IMG/VR virus record: IMGVR_UViG_3300045973_000445
Coordinates: 22,905-86,904 of that record
DNA length: 64,000 nucleotides
Reading direction: 5' to 3' (one strand)
DNA from: a virus
Shown here in pieces: positions 1-10,536 of this stretch. The position numbers and the translations under genes are program-made. Below the pieces are notes generated by a model. The model saw only the letters and a list, made by a program, of their open reading frames with translations, was not told the origin of the DNA and made no database searches. How positions within the stretch are numbered: position 1 is the first letter of the stretch; each line of letters begins with the position of its first letter.

Positions 1-594
1 TCCCTTGTAGATAAGTGCGGAATTAACGTCCTACAGGCTGCGGAAAAGTTAACAGTGCTATCTACTTGTCATTTCAATCAAACCCCCACTGAACCCAGCT
101 TAGTTATCAAAGGAAGGAAGATTCTGGTATGGCACGTGATGAATTATCAAAGCAAGCTACCGTGGCCTGGATGTGAAGCTCCTATGGCAGCTAAGTTGCT
201 GAGGAAGTTTCCAGATTATGATTTAATCCTATCGGGGGATAACCACAAGACTTTCCATGAAGAACTCGATGGCAGACATCTGGTAAATCCAGGATCGCTG
301 ATGCGAATGGATGCCGATCAGATTGATCACAAGCCCTGTGTGTGGTTTTGGTTTGCTGAAGACAACGCTGTGGAACAAGTCTTTATTCCAATTGAACAAG
401 GTGTGATTAGCAGAGAACATTTAGAGCGCAAGGAGGAGCGAGACGCTCGGATTGATGCTTTTGTGAGTCGATTGGATACAGAATGGGTAGCTGATGTTTC
501 CTTCGAACAGAATCTTGAGCAGTTTGAGAAAACCAATCAGATCAGAAAAAGTGTCATGGAAATAGTTTTTAAATCCTTAGAGACTAAAATATGA
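1..594 (+). CDS. SbcD/Mre11-like metallophosphoesterase nuclease (5'-truncated by window)
   Basis: Frame is open from position 1. Motifs ILSGDNHK and VNPGSLMR match the calcineurin-like phosphoesterase C-terminus. An SbcC-like gene lies nearby. Confidence 0.8.
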   Translation, partial: SLVDKCGINVLQAAEKLTVLSTCHFNQTPTEPSLVIKGRKILVWHVMNYQSKLPWPGCEAPMAAKLLRKFPDYDLILSGDNHKTFHEELDGRHLVNPGSLMRMDADQIDHKPCVWFWFAEDNAVEQVFIPIEQGVISREHLERKEERDARIDAFVSRLDTEWVADVSFEQNLEQFEKTNQIRKSVMEIVFKSLETKI

Positions 595-773
595 CACCTC
601 TTGAATTGCTAGAAAAACAACTTCAGGGATTTTTAAAGAATATACAGAAATCTAAAGAGGCTCTATCAAAGGGTTTAATCTCCCCTGAACTCCATGAAAA
701 ACACAAGGCAAACAATGAGCTTAAAATAAAGGAATTCAAATACGCAATAAGAGTCTTAACAACATATATGTGA
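591..773 (+). CDS. hypothetical protein
   Basis: 60-aa ORF with ATGA overlap to the upstream gene. Confidence 0.6.
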   Translation: MTPLELLEKQLQGFLKNIQKSKEALSKGLISPELHEKHKANNELKIKEFKYAIRVLTTYM

Positions 774-774
774 T

Positions 775-1011
775 ATGAAAACAGAACAGCAATTACTCGA
801 TCTGAAAAAGAATGTGGATGAAGCCAAAACATCCGTGGCCGAACTGACAGGTCAGCAAAAAAGCCTGATGAAACAGCTAAAGGATGACTGGCAGTGCTCT
901 ACCATTGAAGCTGCTCAAATGAAACTTAAAAGTATGGATAATGACATAGCTAATCTTGATGCCAAGATTGCTAAGGGTACAAAAGAGCTGGAAGAGAAGT
1001 ATAATGTCTAA
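775..1011 (+). CDS. small coiled-coil protein
   Basis: 78 aa, heptad-like K/E/Q/L pattern, tightly packed in the operon. Confidence 0.65.
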   Translation: MKTEQQLLDLKKNVDEAKTSVAELTGQQKSLMKQLKDDWQCSTIEAAQMKLKSMDNDIANLDAKIAKGTKELEEKYNV

Positions 1012-1237
1012 TCAAATGAATATGAAAATTACAACATTACGAGGGGTTACTCTACTTATCGAAGGGGATTATATCGTACGTATAATTAAGACGGGATTTA
1101 CTAAACCTCAACGATACCATGTAATAATTGAAACACCATATGACTATGTTTCTGATGCCAGTATGAAAACGATGGATGAAATATGTAAGACATATAATGT
1201 TACTGCAAAAGAACTAACAGCAAAATTTGATGAATAG
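1004..1237 (+). CDS. hypothetical protein
   Basis: ORF 956..1237. The likely start is ATG 1004 (MSNQMN), overlapping the upstream stop. Confidence 0.55.
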   Translation: MSNQMNMKITTLRGVTLLIEGDYIVRIIKTGFTKPQRYHVIIETPYDYVSDASMKTMDEICKTYNVTAKELTAKFDE

Positions 1238-1856
1238 TATATCTCAACTACGATCTCATCTGGAGCAACAGAAAGGCAAGCGAGCCGAGGTTGTTAAAAC
1301 GATAGACGACACCCAGCTGGAGGTTAAGGAGCTGGAGAAGTCCATGAGACGTCACGAGGAGGCTCGTGAGATTGTTCGGGCTGTGGGATTAAAAACACAG
1401 CAACAAATCCAATATCACATATCTGATATCACATCATTGGCTATGGAAGCCGTCTTTAACAATCCCTACGAACTGAAGGTAGAGTTTATCCAACGTAGGA
1501 ATAAAACCGAATGCGACCTGTATTTTTTAAGGGATGGGAATCGGGTGGATCCTTTGGAAGGTGGAGGTGGTGGAGCTGCCGACGTAGCATCCTTCGCATT
1601 GCGAGTGGCCAGCTGGTCGATGCAAATCCCACGCACCCGAAATGTGCTGGTGCTAGATGAGCCTTTCAAACATCTAAAGGGAGAGAATGAAAACAAGAGG
1701 ATGCTGGATATGATCCGGAAAATCTCCCAGGAATTGAAAGTTCAGATCATTATGATCAGTGATGAGCGCATCAGCCGTGAGGCTACTATTGAAGCTACGG
1801 ATAGGCTATTTGAAACAAAGATTAGGCGAGGTATTACTGAAGTAACTGTAACATAA
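1227..1856 (+). CDS. SbcC/Rad50-like ABC ATPase, C-terminal half
   Basis: Coiled coil, then a signature-like LEGGGGG and Walker B/D-loop VLVLDEPF. No Walker A in this ORF. Confidence 0.8.
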   Translation: MMNSISQLRSHLEQQKGKRAEVVKTIDDTQLEVKELEKSMRRHEEAREIVRAVGLKTQQQIQYHISDITSLAMEAVFNNPYELKVEFIQRRNKTECDLYFLRDGNRVDPLEGGGGGAADVASFALRVASWSMQIPRTRNVLVLDEPFKHLKGENENKRMLDMIRKISQELKVQIIMISDERISREATIEATDRLFETKIRRGITEVTVT

Positions 1857-2245
1857 TGACTAAGAAAGAACGAATAGCTGTCTGGAATAAATACAACAAA
1901 CACTGTGCTTATTGTGGCAAAGAGATAGCTTATAATGAAATGCAGGTTGATCACAAGCATCCTCAGCATTTGGCTTTTTGGAATCAGCATCTTGTCATGA
2001 GGGAAAAGTATCATTTAACAAATGATATAAATGATTTTGAAAACCTCATGCCTTCCTGTAGACGCTGTAATCATTATAAACGAGGTGAGCGTCTAGAAAC
2101 ATTCCGAAAGTCAATGCTAACCCTACATAAACGATTGCAAGAGATCTATATAAATAAAGTAGCCATTGATTATGGTATTATTACCATGCATACTTGGGAT
2201 GGTGTTTTTTATTTTGAACATGATGAATCAGGAGACGGCAGTTAA
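1856..2245 (+). CDS. HNH endonuclease
   Basis: CAYCG...VDH...NLMPSCRRCNHYK. Confidence 0.9.
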   Translation: MTKKERIAVWNKYNKHCAYCGKEIAYNEMQVDHKHPQHLAFWNQHLVMREKYHLTNDINDFENLMPSCRRCNHYKRGERLETFRKSMLTLHKRLQEIYINKVAIDYGIITMHTWDGVFYFEHDESGDGS

Positions 2246-2597
2246 TAAAATGATGCTGGAGATAGAAATCCAAGAAGCTCTTCTTGTTGAGGATAGATAT
2301 ACCCTAGAAGAACGTCATGAGTATTTAAAATCAACCATCAAGCAGAAACTTCAATTGATGTGGGTGGTTGGTTATGATCATAATTTTATAGTTCCACATA
2401 GTAATGGTTGTAAAAAACCAGTAACACAATTTGGATCTGATATGAAATACATAGCGGAATATCCCAGTGCCAAATTCATAACAGACAATCTAAAAATATC
2501 CAAGCACACTATATTAAATGCATTAAAAGATAATCATTTAACTCGTCAGGGGTATTATTGGTTCTACACAGATGAATTACTCAGCAAATCAATATAG
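2220..2597 (+). CDS. hypothetical protein with NUMOD1-like C-terminal HTH
   Basis: KPVTQF...IAEYPSA...I...GYYW pattern. Start uncertain (ORF track gives 2166). Overlaps the convergent minus-strand gene. Confidence 0.5.
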   Translation: MMNQETAVNKMMLEIEIQEALLVEDRYTLEERHEYLKSTIKQKLQLMWVVGYDHNFIVPHSNGCKKPVTQFGSDMKYIAEYPSAKFITDNLKISKHTILNALKDNHLTRQGYYWFYTDELLSKSI

Positions 2598-3082
2598 AAG
2601 CTGGACGGGAATATCCGAGTAACACAATCTATATTTTTCCGAACCACTCCAGATTCTATTTTAAGTATCACCTCTCTGTCTTCTATAAGACATTCCTGAA
2701 TCCTTCCTATTTCCACTTCATTATTAATAACAACACGAACACTTGTACCAATCATGTAATAGTATGAAATATCCCAGTGGCCTTTGATTTTCAACTGATA
2801 CTCATCCCGATAGCAAAACGAGGGCATCCCATCCTTCTTAAAGAACTTCTGAAGGTACTTCTCTCGCTGAACCATATTATTGAATATAGTAGGGATGCAG
2901 TTCTCCAGAGCTATCTGATCTATCTTTTCCTTCTTCTTTGCACAGATATCGGCAAACTTCTTCTTGTCAAAGGGTCTCTGATAAATCAATTCTCTAAATC
3001 GATAGCACAGATATTCCATCTGCAACCGGCTAAAGAAGTCTGACAAAGGAATGATTCGAGTACGAGGTAGTGTTGCTGTCAT
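2564..3082 (-). CDS. hypothetical protein downstream of terminase
   Basis: ORF 2564..3139. The likely start is ATG 3082, immediately after the terminase stop. Confidence 0.6.
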   Translation of the reverse strand: MTATLPRTRIIPLSDFFSRLQMEYLCYRFRELIYQRPFDKKKFADICAKKKEKIDQIALENCIPTIFNNMVQREKYLQKFFKKDGMPSFCYRDEYQLKIKGHWDISYYYMIGTSVRVVINNEVEIGRIQECLIEDREVILKIESGVVRKNIDCVTRIFPSSFYIDLLSNSSV

Positions 3083-3083
3083 G

Positions 3084-4769
3084 TTACATGTAATGAACTT
3101 TAAATACAGATTTGGCTTCCCGAAGGTCAGTGATAGCAAAGAAGGAGCTCATAGCACCGTCATCGTGATCTGAGCTCGATTCCAGCTTACCACTATCCTC
3201 ATGGAAGGTGACGCTATTAAACTCCCCACACAGCCATGCGAAGGTGTTTTTACTCTCCTCATTGCCATAGGGTATTTTGATCTCTCCTCTTTCGAACATT
3301 GCACTTAAACTAGGTAGTCCTTCATATAAATCCTTCTTAAGGTTTGACTCTGTTATAAAGGATTCTATATTAGCTACACCTCTCTCTTTGACCAATTCAA
3401 TCATTACGCTTTGAAAACCATTACCCTCAGCCACAATTTTATTGGGTCGGAATCTATTATTCAAAGAAACAATCTCAGATACCTGTTCTCCATGAGGCAT
3501 TCCCTTTTTGCGGAAGACATGAAGCAGATAGTATTTCTTATCCTCTCCTCGTCCCCAAACGCTAAACACAGAATAGTCAGCACTGACAGCTCCTGATATA
3601 GCAAAGTCACAGCCTAGCACAACTCGCTCTAGCTTCACTGGGAATGAATCTATATTGTTTACTAGTGAGATACTATCCATCCCAACCTTAGCCCTATTGA
3701 GGTACTCCCACGGGAACAGGGATGAGTAATCACTTATTGGTTTAACTAGGTGCTCTCTAGTAAACACGATACTACCCAGAGATTCCTTCAGCTCCATCAG
3801 CTTTTTAAAGTCATATCGATCTGGAGCAAGAATACGACCATCAGGAAATATTCCAGGATAAATAAATGTCTTAAAGTTGGGGTCTTCTTTTATCCGAGAG
3901 TACAAATCCTGGGAGTGAAATGGCGTACCTGATACGATTAAGTACCCTCCAGATTCCACGATGTTCATGATTTCTGCATAAAATACCTCCTCAAACTTAT
4001 CTCTCTGATCTTTTGAATACAGACAGGACTTATCCAAGAAGTCGTCCACGACAACATTGCCTACGTGCAATCCCCTGATAAATGAACCCTTTGAACGGAG
4101 AAGAATAGATGCTCCGTTTTTAGTTCGGATTTGCTCTTTTCCTAGATCATTTCTACTATCTGGTAATAAGATATCATGTAAGAAGTCGTTTACACGAATC
4201 TCCTCTACAATTTTTTCCAAATGTAAGATACCTAGTTTGCTCTCATTGGTAATTAGAACTGTTTCTTTACAGTTTCGATTCTCTCTTGTATCTTTAGACA
4301 TCCAACTAGGTCTCCGATAGCTATAGGCTCTCCAGAGGGGAAACGCAAAGCAAAAATTAAAACTCTTCCCACTTCCCCTTTCACATTGAAATGAACTCCA
4401 GTGATATAACTGTAGTAAATTACACCATTCTATGTTGCGCCACCCCATCGTAAAATTAGGAAGCATGGTAGCTATGAAGTAATTCAGAGATTGTATCTTC
4501 ATCGTCTCATCCATCACAGATTCCAGCTGTGGTAGATAGTCTATGCTTTCTGGATCAATAGATATAGCATTGGTATGAACCACCCGATGTGTCTCCTGAA
4601 GCATACTTAGGAAAAGTTTATCTAAGTCATTATCATATCCACTCATCAATTCATTTAATGCTGCTGGAGATAGGTTGTTTATGATCTGATCCACGTAGGT
4701 GTATAAATCCCTACGCTCCCCCTTAGTTAGAATCTTACCGTTGATAGTATCTGTGTACCCTCTTTCCAT
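3084..4769 (-). CDS. terL: terminase large subunit
   Basis: Walker A ERGSGKS, Walker B VVVDDF, motif III SGTP, RNase H-like nuclease LGCDFA and HDD. Confidence 0.93.
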   Translation of the reverse strand: MERGYTDTINGKILTKGERRDLYTYVDQIINNLSPAALNELMSGYDNDLDKLFLSMLQETHRVVHTNAISIDPESIDYLPQLESVMDETMKIQSLNYFIATMLPNFTMGWRNIEWCNLLQLYHWSSFQCERGSGKSFNFCFAFPLWRAYSYRRPSWMSKDTRENRNCKETVLITNESKLGILHLEKIVEEIRVNDFLHDILLPDSRNDLGKEQIRTKNGASILLRSKGSFIRGLHVGNVVVDDFLDKSCLYSKDQRDKFEEVFYAEIMNIVESGGYLIVSGTPFHSQDLYSRIKEDPNFKTFIYPGIFPDGRILAPDRYDFKKLMELKESLGSIVFTREHLVKPISDYSSLFPWEYLNRAKVGMDSISLVNNIDSFPVKLERVVLGCDFAISGAVSADYSVFSVWGRGEDKKYYLLHVFRKKGMPHGEQVSEIVSLNNRFRPNKIVAEGNGFQSVMIELVKERGVANIESFITESNLKKDLYEGLPSLSAMFERGEIKIPYGNEESKNTFAWLCGEFNSVTFHEDSGKLESSSDHDDGAMSSFFAITDLREAKSVFKVHYM

Positions 4770-4774
4770 AATAA

Positions 4775-5347
4775 TTACTCTGTACGCTCGTTGATAAAAG
4801 TAATCCCAGAATAGTGACTCATGTATTCGTCAAGAAGGACAAAGTCAGCGTCTCGCTGATCCATATCAGAATATGATATAACTTTGTTAGAAGTGACATT
4901 CTTGGCGGAGGTTGTTTCGGGCAAAGGGTTGATAATAATGAGATATTCCATTACCCCCTTAGTTACTTTATACTCGTCTTTTTTCTCATAGCACAGGACA
5001 TGTTCCAAGTCCATCCTGTAGCCTTTGAAGTGAATCCAGTTTCGTGTAAAAATAAGGCCTGTTTTAAAGGGGTTTGTGGGCTTTATTCCCTCGGTGGCGA
5101 TGTCAGCTTCGTCTTCGGGCAAAACCACAGCCTTAGCGTTTAAACCAGCCAAAGCCTCTCGGATTTCGCTATCCTTGAGATATTTATATTGCTCTAGTAC
5201 GATTTTGATTTTTGCCAGCCCTGCTTTATCCATAAGAGCTATCAGCTCTGTGATGATTAACCCATCAGCTGTGCTTATGGGATGGATTAATGCTTGTTTT
5301 AATTCTTTCGGGTAACGCTTACTCGATGATTCCAGATATGTATTCAT
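4775..5347 (-). CDS. hypothetical protein
   Basis: 190-aa ORF directly upstream of terL. No recognised motif. Confidence 0.65.
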   Translation of the reverse strand: MNTYLESSSKRYPKELKQALIHPISTADGLIITELIALMDKAGLAKIKIVLEQYKYLKDSEIREALAGLNAKAVVLPEDEADIATEGIKPTNPFKTGLIFTRNWIHFKGYRMDLEHVLCYEKKDEYKVTKGVMEYLIIINPLPETTSAKNVTSNKVISYSDMDQRDADFVLLDEYMSHYSGITFINERTE

Positions 5348-5367
5348 ATAACAAATTTATTTATTTA

Positions 5368-5985
5368 TCAAATTAAGTCTGTACCAATATCAGCACCGTA
5401 ATAATAATCAGCACCCCAAACTAGTTTAATAGAAATACTGTCTTGTTTTGTCGGCACGACAGGAATGACAAGATCAGAGTTGTTAGGATCCGTGGTATAT
5501 AGATTAGCATCAGATTGTACTAAAGAAGCCAAGTCAGCTATCAGCTGACGAGATATCCAAAGCCCCAACATACCATCAATCTCCACTGATCCTAGTGAAA
5601 CTGCATTGTTTATTCCATTAGCCTCATAGAAATCAGCGTATATGGGTTTGCTGTTTTTAGTAGGTATGTGTTCCATTGCCAATACTCCATTAGCATCGGC
5701 TACTAGATCAACAGCAGCCACTAAAAACTTTGAATAGCTCCCTACAGGAAATTCGAACCACAGCCAAAGGTTCTCTACGGCTACTCCCGTTTCATTTTTA
5801 AGAACCAGTCCCACGTACTCATCTTCTGGGATGTCCTTAGAGAGCAAAAACTGGGATATCTCACCAAACAGATTATCAAAGGCATCGTTTGGTAATGGGC
5901 TTAGTGCTTTATAGCCACCAAGAGATAATCTCGGATCATTTTGAATCTGATCTTGATTTACAGAATTTGTATAGTATAATTTCAT
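5368..5985 (-). CDS. putative virion/baseplate-associated protein
   Basis: 205-aa acidic beta-rich ORF at the end of the tail module. Confidence 0.55.
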   Translation of the reverse strand: MKLYYTNSVNQDQIQNDPRLSLGGYKALSPLPNDAFDNLFGEISQFLLSKDIPEDEYVGLVLKNETGVAVENLWLWFEFPVGSYSKFLVAAVDLVADANGVLAMEHIPTKNSKPIYADFYEANGINNAVSLGSVEIDGMLGLWISRQLIADLASLVQSDANLYTTDPNNSDLVIPVVPTKQDSISIKLVWGADYYYGADIGTDLI

Positions 5986-5986
5986 A

Positions 5987-7612
5987 TTAAGCTATATATT
6001 GAATTGTTACCCACCCCCTATTATAACTAGTTGCAGCAAATGCAGGATCATTAAAAATACCAGTATCAGATCTTAAAAGAATGAGATTGGTTGCATTCAC
6101 ATACCAACAACCATTAGGAACTACAGCATTACCATGATCAAGAGGGAATCGAACTGAATCATCATCTCTTCTTATCAAAACTAGAACAGTTCTGATCTTA
6201 GTCCAAGTTAAACCATGAGCAATTGCCTTAGTACCAGTACTATCCATATTCCAATCTCCTATCTCAACAACTACAGTTAATAGTAAACCCTGTTCATCTT
6301 TTGAATACACATTAAGATTACCCCTTGAAGCAGCTGCATCAACATCACTTAGATTGGCACTTTTCAAACATCTTAAATTATGCTTAACATCTGCTGCTGT
6401 TGTTAAGTCTACGCCTAAATTTGAAGCTGCTGTGGCTGCATTCACATCACTTAAATTAGCACTCTTCAGACATCTTAAAGCAAGAGCTGCATCTACTTGA
6501 GCTGTTGTATAGATAACTAGTTTTGCTAACCATGAACTAACTGTAATATTATCAGCCCCCACATTAGCCTTTCCAGATACATTTGTCATAGCATCTATCT
6601 GAGCCATAGTATAAACACTTAATAAAGATCTCCATGTAGCAAGATTCCCAGCTGTTAAGTTTCCTCCATCTATTGCAGCTTTTCCAGAAAGATAAGAAGT
6701 AATCTGAGCCTGTGTGTATACACTTAATTTAGCTAACCATGAATTAACTGTAATATTATCAGCACCTATATTAGCCTTACTAGCATCTCCTACATTTATA
6801 TTACTAATATTAAACCTGTAGTAATAACTCAGTCTCTTATCATAAAGTGTTACAGCAGCTCCGTTGCAATATACTCTCGCAATATAAAATTCTTCATCTG
6901 TTGTAAGTCCAATTATAGGAGCTGTATCATTAACCTCTTCTGCTACAAACTCAATATTGCAACTATCGTATGAATACAAACCCGTAGATGTAATTGCAGC
7001 TACTGATGTATTTACAGAGAAAGCACCTAATACAACATATCTTAACTGTGTCTCTACCGTGAGATTCCCTGCGATGATTGCTGTATTATCTGAAACAACG
7101 TTAACCACTTCATACGTCCCACTATTTGTTGCTGGGGTAAGTGTTCCGTCATCCGCCTGTGTGTAGAATTTTATTTTTACAGGAAACCCTGAAGAACTAC
7201 CTCTTAACACTTCTGTAAACAGTGTACTAGCACCGGAAATAGTACCATCTACGGCTATATTGACAAACCCAGGTTCATAATTATCATATCGATGAGAAAT
7301 CTTCACCCAATACCATAAACTATCTGTAGGGACAGGTAAGTTATCAAAAGCTCTCTGATAAATCATAGCCCCATTCTTATCCAAAGCATAACTATCAGCT
7401 CCGATTTTAATAGTATTTGCATTCGTCCCAACCTCAACTTTAAAGGCTGTATCATTAGTTGTAGTTGTACCCTGTTGAAGAATCCCAAAAGATTGAGCAT
7501 TACTCACAAATAAAAACAAAGCAGCATTATCATTGATAAAACTCATTAATCGATCCAATTCCTCTTTTTCTAAGAAACTGTCTCTATAAACGTTTAACTT
7601 ACCTTTTGACAT
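5987..7612 (-). CDS. tail fibre/baseplate protein with fibre repeats
   Basis: Internal repeats KAN(I/V)GADNITVxSWLAKL and LRCLKSANLSDV, typical of fibre shafts. Located in the baseplate module. Confidence 0.7.
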   Translation of the reverse strand: MSKGKLNVYRDSFLEKEELDRLMSFINDNAALFLFVSNAQSFGILQQGTTTTNDTAFKVEVGTNANTIKIGADSYALDKNGAMIYQRAFDNLPVPTDSLWYWVKISHRYDNYEPGFVNIAVDGTISGASTLFTEVLRGSSSGFPVKIKFYTQADDGTLTPATNSGTYEVVNVVSDNTAIIAGNLTVETQLRYVVLGAFSVNTSVAAITSTGLYSYDSCNIEFVAEEVNDTAPIIGLTTDEEFYIARVYCNGAAVTLYDKRLSYYYRFNISNINVGDASKANIGADNITVNSWLAKLSVYTQAQITSYLSGKAAIDGGNLTAGNLATWRSLLSVYTMAQIDAMTNVSGKANVGADNITVSSWLAKLVIYTTAQVDAALALRCLKSANLSDVNAATAASNLGVDLTTAADVKHNLRCLKSANLSDVDAAASRGNLNVYSKDEQGLLLTVVVEIGDWNMDSTGTKAIAHGLTWTKIRTVLVLIRRDDDSVRFPLDHGNAVVPNGCWYVNATNLILLRSDTGIFNDPAFAATSYNRGWVTIQYIA

Positions 7613-7614
7613 AA

Positions 7615-9252
7615 TTATAAGAATTTTAATAGTGAAAATGAATTATATGGAATCAGCTGTTCATCAATGATCTTCTTTACTTGAGCATCACTGTAATCAG
7701 CACTTCGATTTCGTAGATAACCTAATATAAAGTTTCTTGAAGAAAGTAAACCTCTTGAAAACCAGAGTGATGCTGGGCGTATCTTAATATCCCAAATACT
7801 AACAATATCTCCTGTAGGAACACCCGTTGAATTTTCAACAATGATTAGGGGAATTAAGAATACTGTATTATAACGAGATCGGAGATTTTGTCCAAACCCT
7901 ATATTTAAAGTATCTCCTGTTACTAGAAGACTATCTGAAGCGTTTAATACCCCCCGAACCCAATACTCCGTGTTAAGTTTCTTTAATGCTAGTTTTGTAA
8001 AGAAACGATTATTAACTGTTCCGTCCGTAATTTGTGTAGCACTTACAGCTGTACCGTTCATGTCGTATAAAGCTACACCAAAAGATAAATCAGCAATAAG
8101 TGATGTCTGTTTTAAAACTTTAAAACTGATCTCATAACTCAAAGATGGGTCAATAACTACAGCCTTTGCGAGATCAAACACGGATGAACCGATACCACAA
8201 CTCAAACCATCAGGAACATTCGCTATCTGTATTTTCTGATTGGGAACAGAAAGATAGGATTCTTCTATTAAAGGATATCTACTAATATCTACTACTTCAC
8301 TATCATATTCATAGGCTTTTATCAAATTTTCAATGTTGTCTGCTCCGGTATATAAAGGAGAACTCTGCCCAATACACCATCCCAATTCAAATCTTGAAGT
8401 GGGAGCAACTAAACATTCATCTGTTAAATCTGTATTCAGTAATCGCACTAATTCCCCATCTACATCAGCATTTAACAAATCCACCCCAATACCCCCACCA
8501 TAGTATGTTGTATCAGCTGAAATATCAAAACTACCAAGTCCCCTACGATAAATTTCTTTTGTCCCTCTTAATTTAATCTCATTAATATAATTAGCATATA
8601 CATACAGAAGCTCCTCAATGTCTGGGTTATTTCTCATGTACACCCCTCTTCCCTTTACATATTCCCGCATCAAAGAGGTATTGGCTGCTATGTTTTCAAA
8701 CCCACGAGCATAATAAACAAGTACAGCAAAAAAATGTGTAATAGAAAACCAAAAGGCTATATAGTCACTATCATCTTTTGAACCAGTATTTCTAGTAATA
8801 TAATTCGGAATGATTCCATTCTTATAAAGTTTTTCCAAAACATTTAAAGCCCAGCCAAGAACAGATACGTTATTTGAAGTAAAGAACGGAGAAAACATTG
8901 AGCCTCCAAAAATAGGAAAGTCTAATGGAAGAAGTGTCCCAGCAATATCAACACTAGTAAACCCTATATCCGAACCGACTCCTATTCTCTTGTATCTATA
9001 CTCTATAACAAAATAGTTTATCTTTTCAATGACAATATTCTGAATATTAAGAGTCGTTAATTCAATCCAATCTGTAAAAGTTAGACCTCCATTAATAGAA
9101 TATCTAAAAGTCTTTTGAAAATATGTAGTACCAGTTTCTCCTGTTGTAGCGTCTGAAAAAGAAGTCAAAGCTACAATCCCTACTATAGGAACATCGGTTT
9201 GAATACTTATAATATCCCCGTCTTCTGTTGCTCTGTTTTCAATTACTGCCAT
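7615..9252 (-). CDS. baseplate structural protein
   Basis: 545 aa, downstream of baseplate J in the tail module. Confidence 0.6.
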   Translation of the reverse strand: MAVIENRATEDGDIISIQTDVPIVGIVALTSFSDATTGETGTTYFQKTFRYSINGGLTFTDWIELTTLNIQNIVIEKINYFVIEYRYKRIGVGSDIGFTSVDIAGTLLPLDFPIFGGSMFSPFFTSNNVSVLGWALNVLEKLYKNGIIPNYITRNTGSKDDSDYIAFWFSITHFFAVLVYYARGFENIAANTSLMREYVKGRGVYMRNNPDIEELLYVYANYINEIKLRGTKEIYRRGLGSFDISADTTYYGGGIGVDLLNADVDGELVRLLNTDLTDECLVAPTSRFELGWCIGQSSPLYTGADNIENLIKAYEYDSEVVDISRYPLIEESYLSVPNQKIQIANVPDGLSCGIGSSVFDLAKAVVIDPSLSYEISFKVLKQTSLIADLSFGVALYDMNGTAVSATQITDGTVNNRFFTKLALKKLNTEYWVRGVLNASDSLLVTGDTLNIGFGQNLRSRYNTVFLIPLIIVENSTGVPTGDIVSIWDIKIRPASLWFSRGLLSSRNFILGYLRNRSADYSDAQVKKIIDEQLIPYNSFSLLKFL

Positions 9253-9253
9253 A

Positions 9254-9592
9254 CTACACTGCTTTTGTCATAACAACATACTGCCAATTTGCTCCATCTG
9301 ATTCAACCAAGTATACTAGTGTGGTTCCTGTTGTATCTGTTATAGTACACTTATACCCAGCACCAGCCACAACAGCAGTTATACCTATAATTGTATTTAA
9401 TTCTGCGTTTGTTGGAGCTCCGTCTGTTACAGCACCTGTTAAATACAATTGTACAGGCTGCCACTTCAAAGTTATTATGTTATATAGTTTTAATACATTA
9501 ACTGTTGTATCATACCATAAAACATCTGTACGAATTGGAGCTGTAGTCTGACGAAATGTTCCTTTAACTAGTCCTAGATTCCTTGTTTCCAT
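9254..9592 (-). CDS. small fibre-associated protein, paralog of the N-terminus of 9598..10524
   Basis: NLGLxKxxFRQxTAPxxTDVLWYDT is shared with the upstream gene. Likely start is METRN at 9592. Confidence 0.7.
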   Translation of the reverse strand: METRNLGLVKGTFRQTTAPIRTDVLWYDTTVNVLKLYNIITLKWQPVQLYLTGAVTDGAPTNAELNTIIGITAVVAGAGYKCTITDTTGTTLVYLVESDGANWQYVVMTKAV

Positions 9593-9597
9593 TATTC

Positions 9598-10524
9598 TTA
9601 ATCTTTTACACAATGAACAGAAAAACCCATCGGTTTATCAAAATTACCTTGAGTAATATAGTCATAATACCCTAATATATAATAGGCACGAGCTTTTCCA
9701 ACACTATATGAATCAGCACTCCACCATACACCATAATCACCTAAACTATTGAAAGCCCCATTATTACTTTGTCTTTGTCCTCCTGGTACTGCTGTAAACC
9801 CAGTTGAATTAGTTGCTCCATTATTAATACTCCAATGAGCTATTCCTACTTCTTTAAGTGATCCCCCACCATGTTCCCACCCACCCACAGAAGCAATTAA
9901 AGCTTCCCAGTCAGCATTTGTAGCTACATGATATCCGGCAGGGGCTATTCCATGTGCATTATGAACAGCATACCAATTATACATCAGTCCATAAACTTCA
10001 GCATAAACAGGGTCATTATTATAATAACAACAAGCTCCAGCAGTATCAGCATCCCAACTAGCATTAGATGTTAAAATTGGAATAGAAGTACCATCAGCAT
10101 ACTTCGTTGCTTTTAGTGGTTCAACTAGCCATGTCTGAGCACCTACTATTACTTTATTATATTCATTCCCATTAGCATCTGTAACACCTACATTCTTTAT
10201 ACTTACTCTGTAAAACCATGAAGTCCCGTCTGAAGTTATTTGATACAATAAACTATCTGTTGTATTTAAAATTGTTACTTGAAAACCAGCTCCAACCTGT
10301 ACAGGTGTTAAACCAATTACTGTTGTAATCTGAGCACTTGTTGGGGTCGTTGCTGTTAGTGTTCCTGATAGCTGTGAACGATATAGTACTGTCCAAGTAA
10401 GAGTCGGAATGTGAAAATACTTAAATACATTATTTATAGTATCATACCATAAAACATCAGTAACAGCAGGTGCTGTAGCCTGTCGAAATATTGTCTTTGT
10501 TAGTCCTAAATTACTTGATAACAT
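9598..10524 (-). CDS. FISUMP (Fib_succ_major) domain tail/receptor-binding protein
   Basis: DANGNEY...GAQTWL...YGLMYNWYAV...APAGYHV...GFTAVPGG...WWS...GFSVHCVKD. Confidence 0.85.
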   Translation of the reverse strand: MLSSNLGLTKTIFRQATAPAVTDVLWYDTINNVFKYFHIPTLTWTVLYRSQLSGTLTATTPTSAQITTVIGLTPVQVGAGFQVTILNTTDSLLYQITSDGTSWFYRVSIKNVGVTDANGNEYNKVIVGAQTWLVEPLKATKYADGTSIPILTSNASWDADTAGACCYYNNDPVYAEVYGLMYNWYAVHNAHGIAPAGYHVATNADWEALIASVGGWEHGGGSLKEVGIAHWSINNGATNSTGFTAVPGGQRQSNNGAFNSLGDYGVWWSADSYSVGKARAYYILGYYDYITQGNFDKPMGFSVHCVKD

Positions 10525-10536
10525 TCTTTCTAGTTT

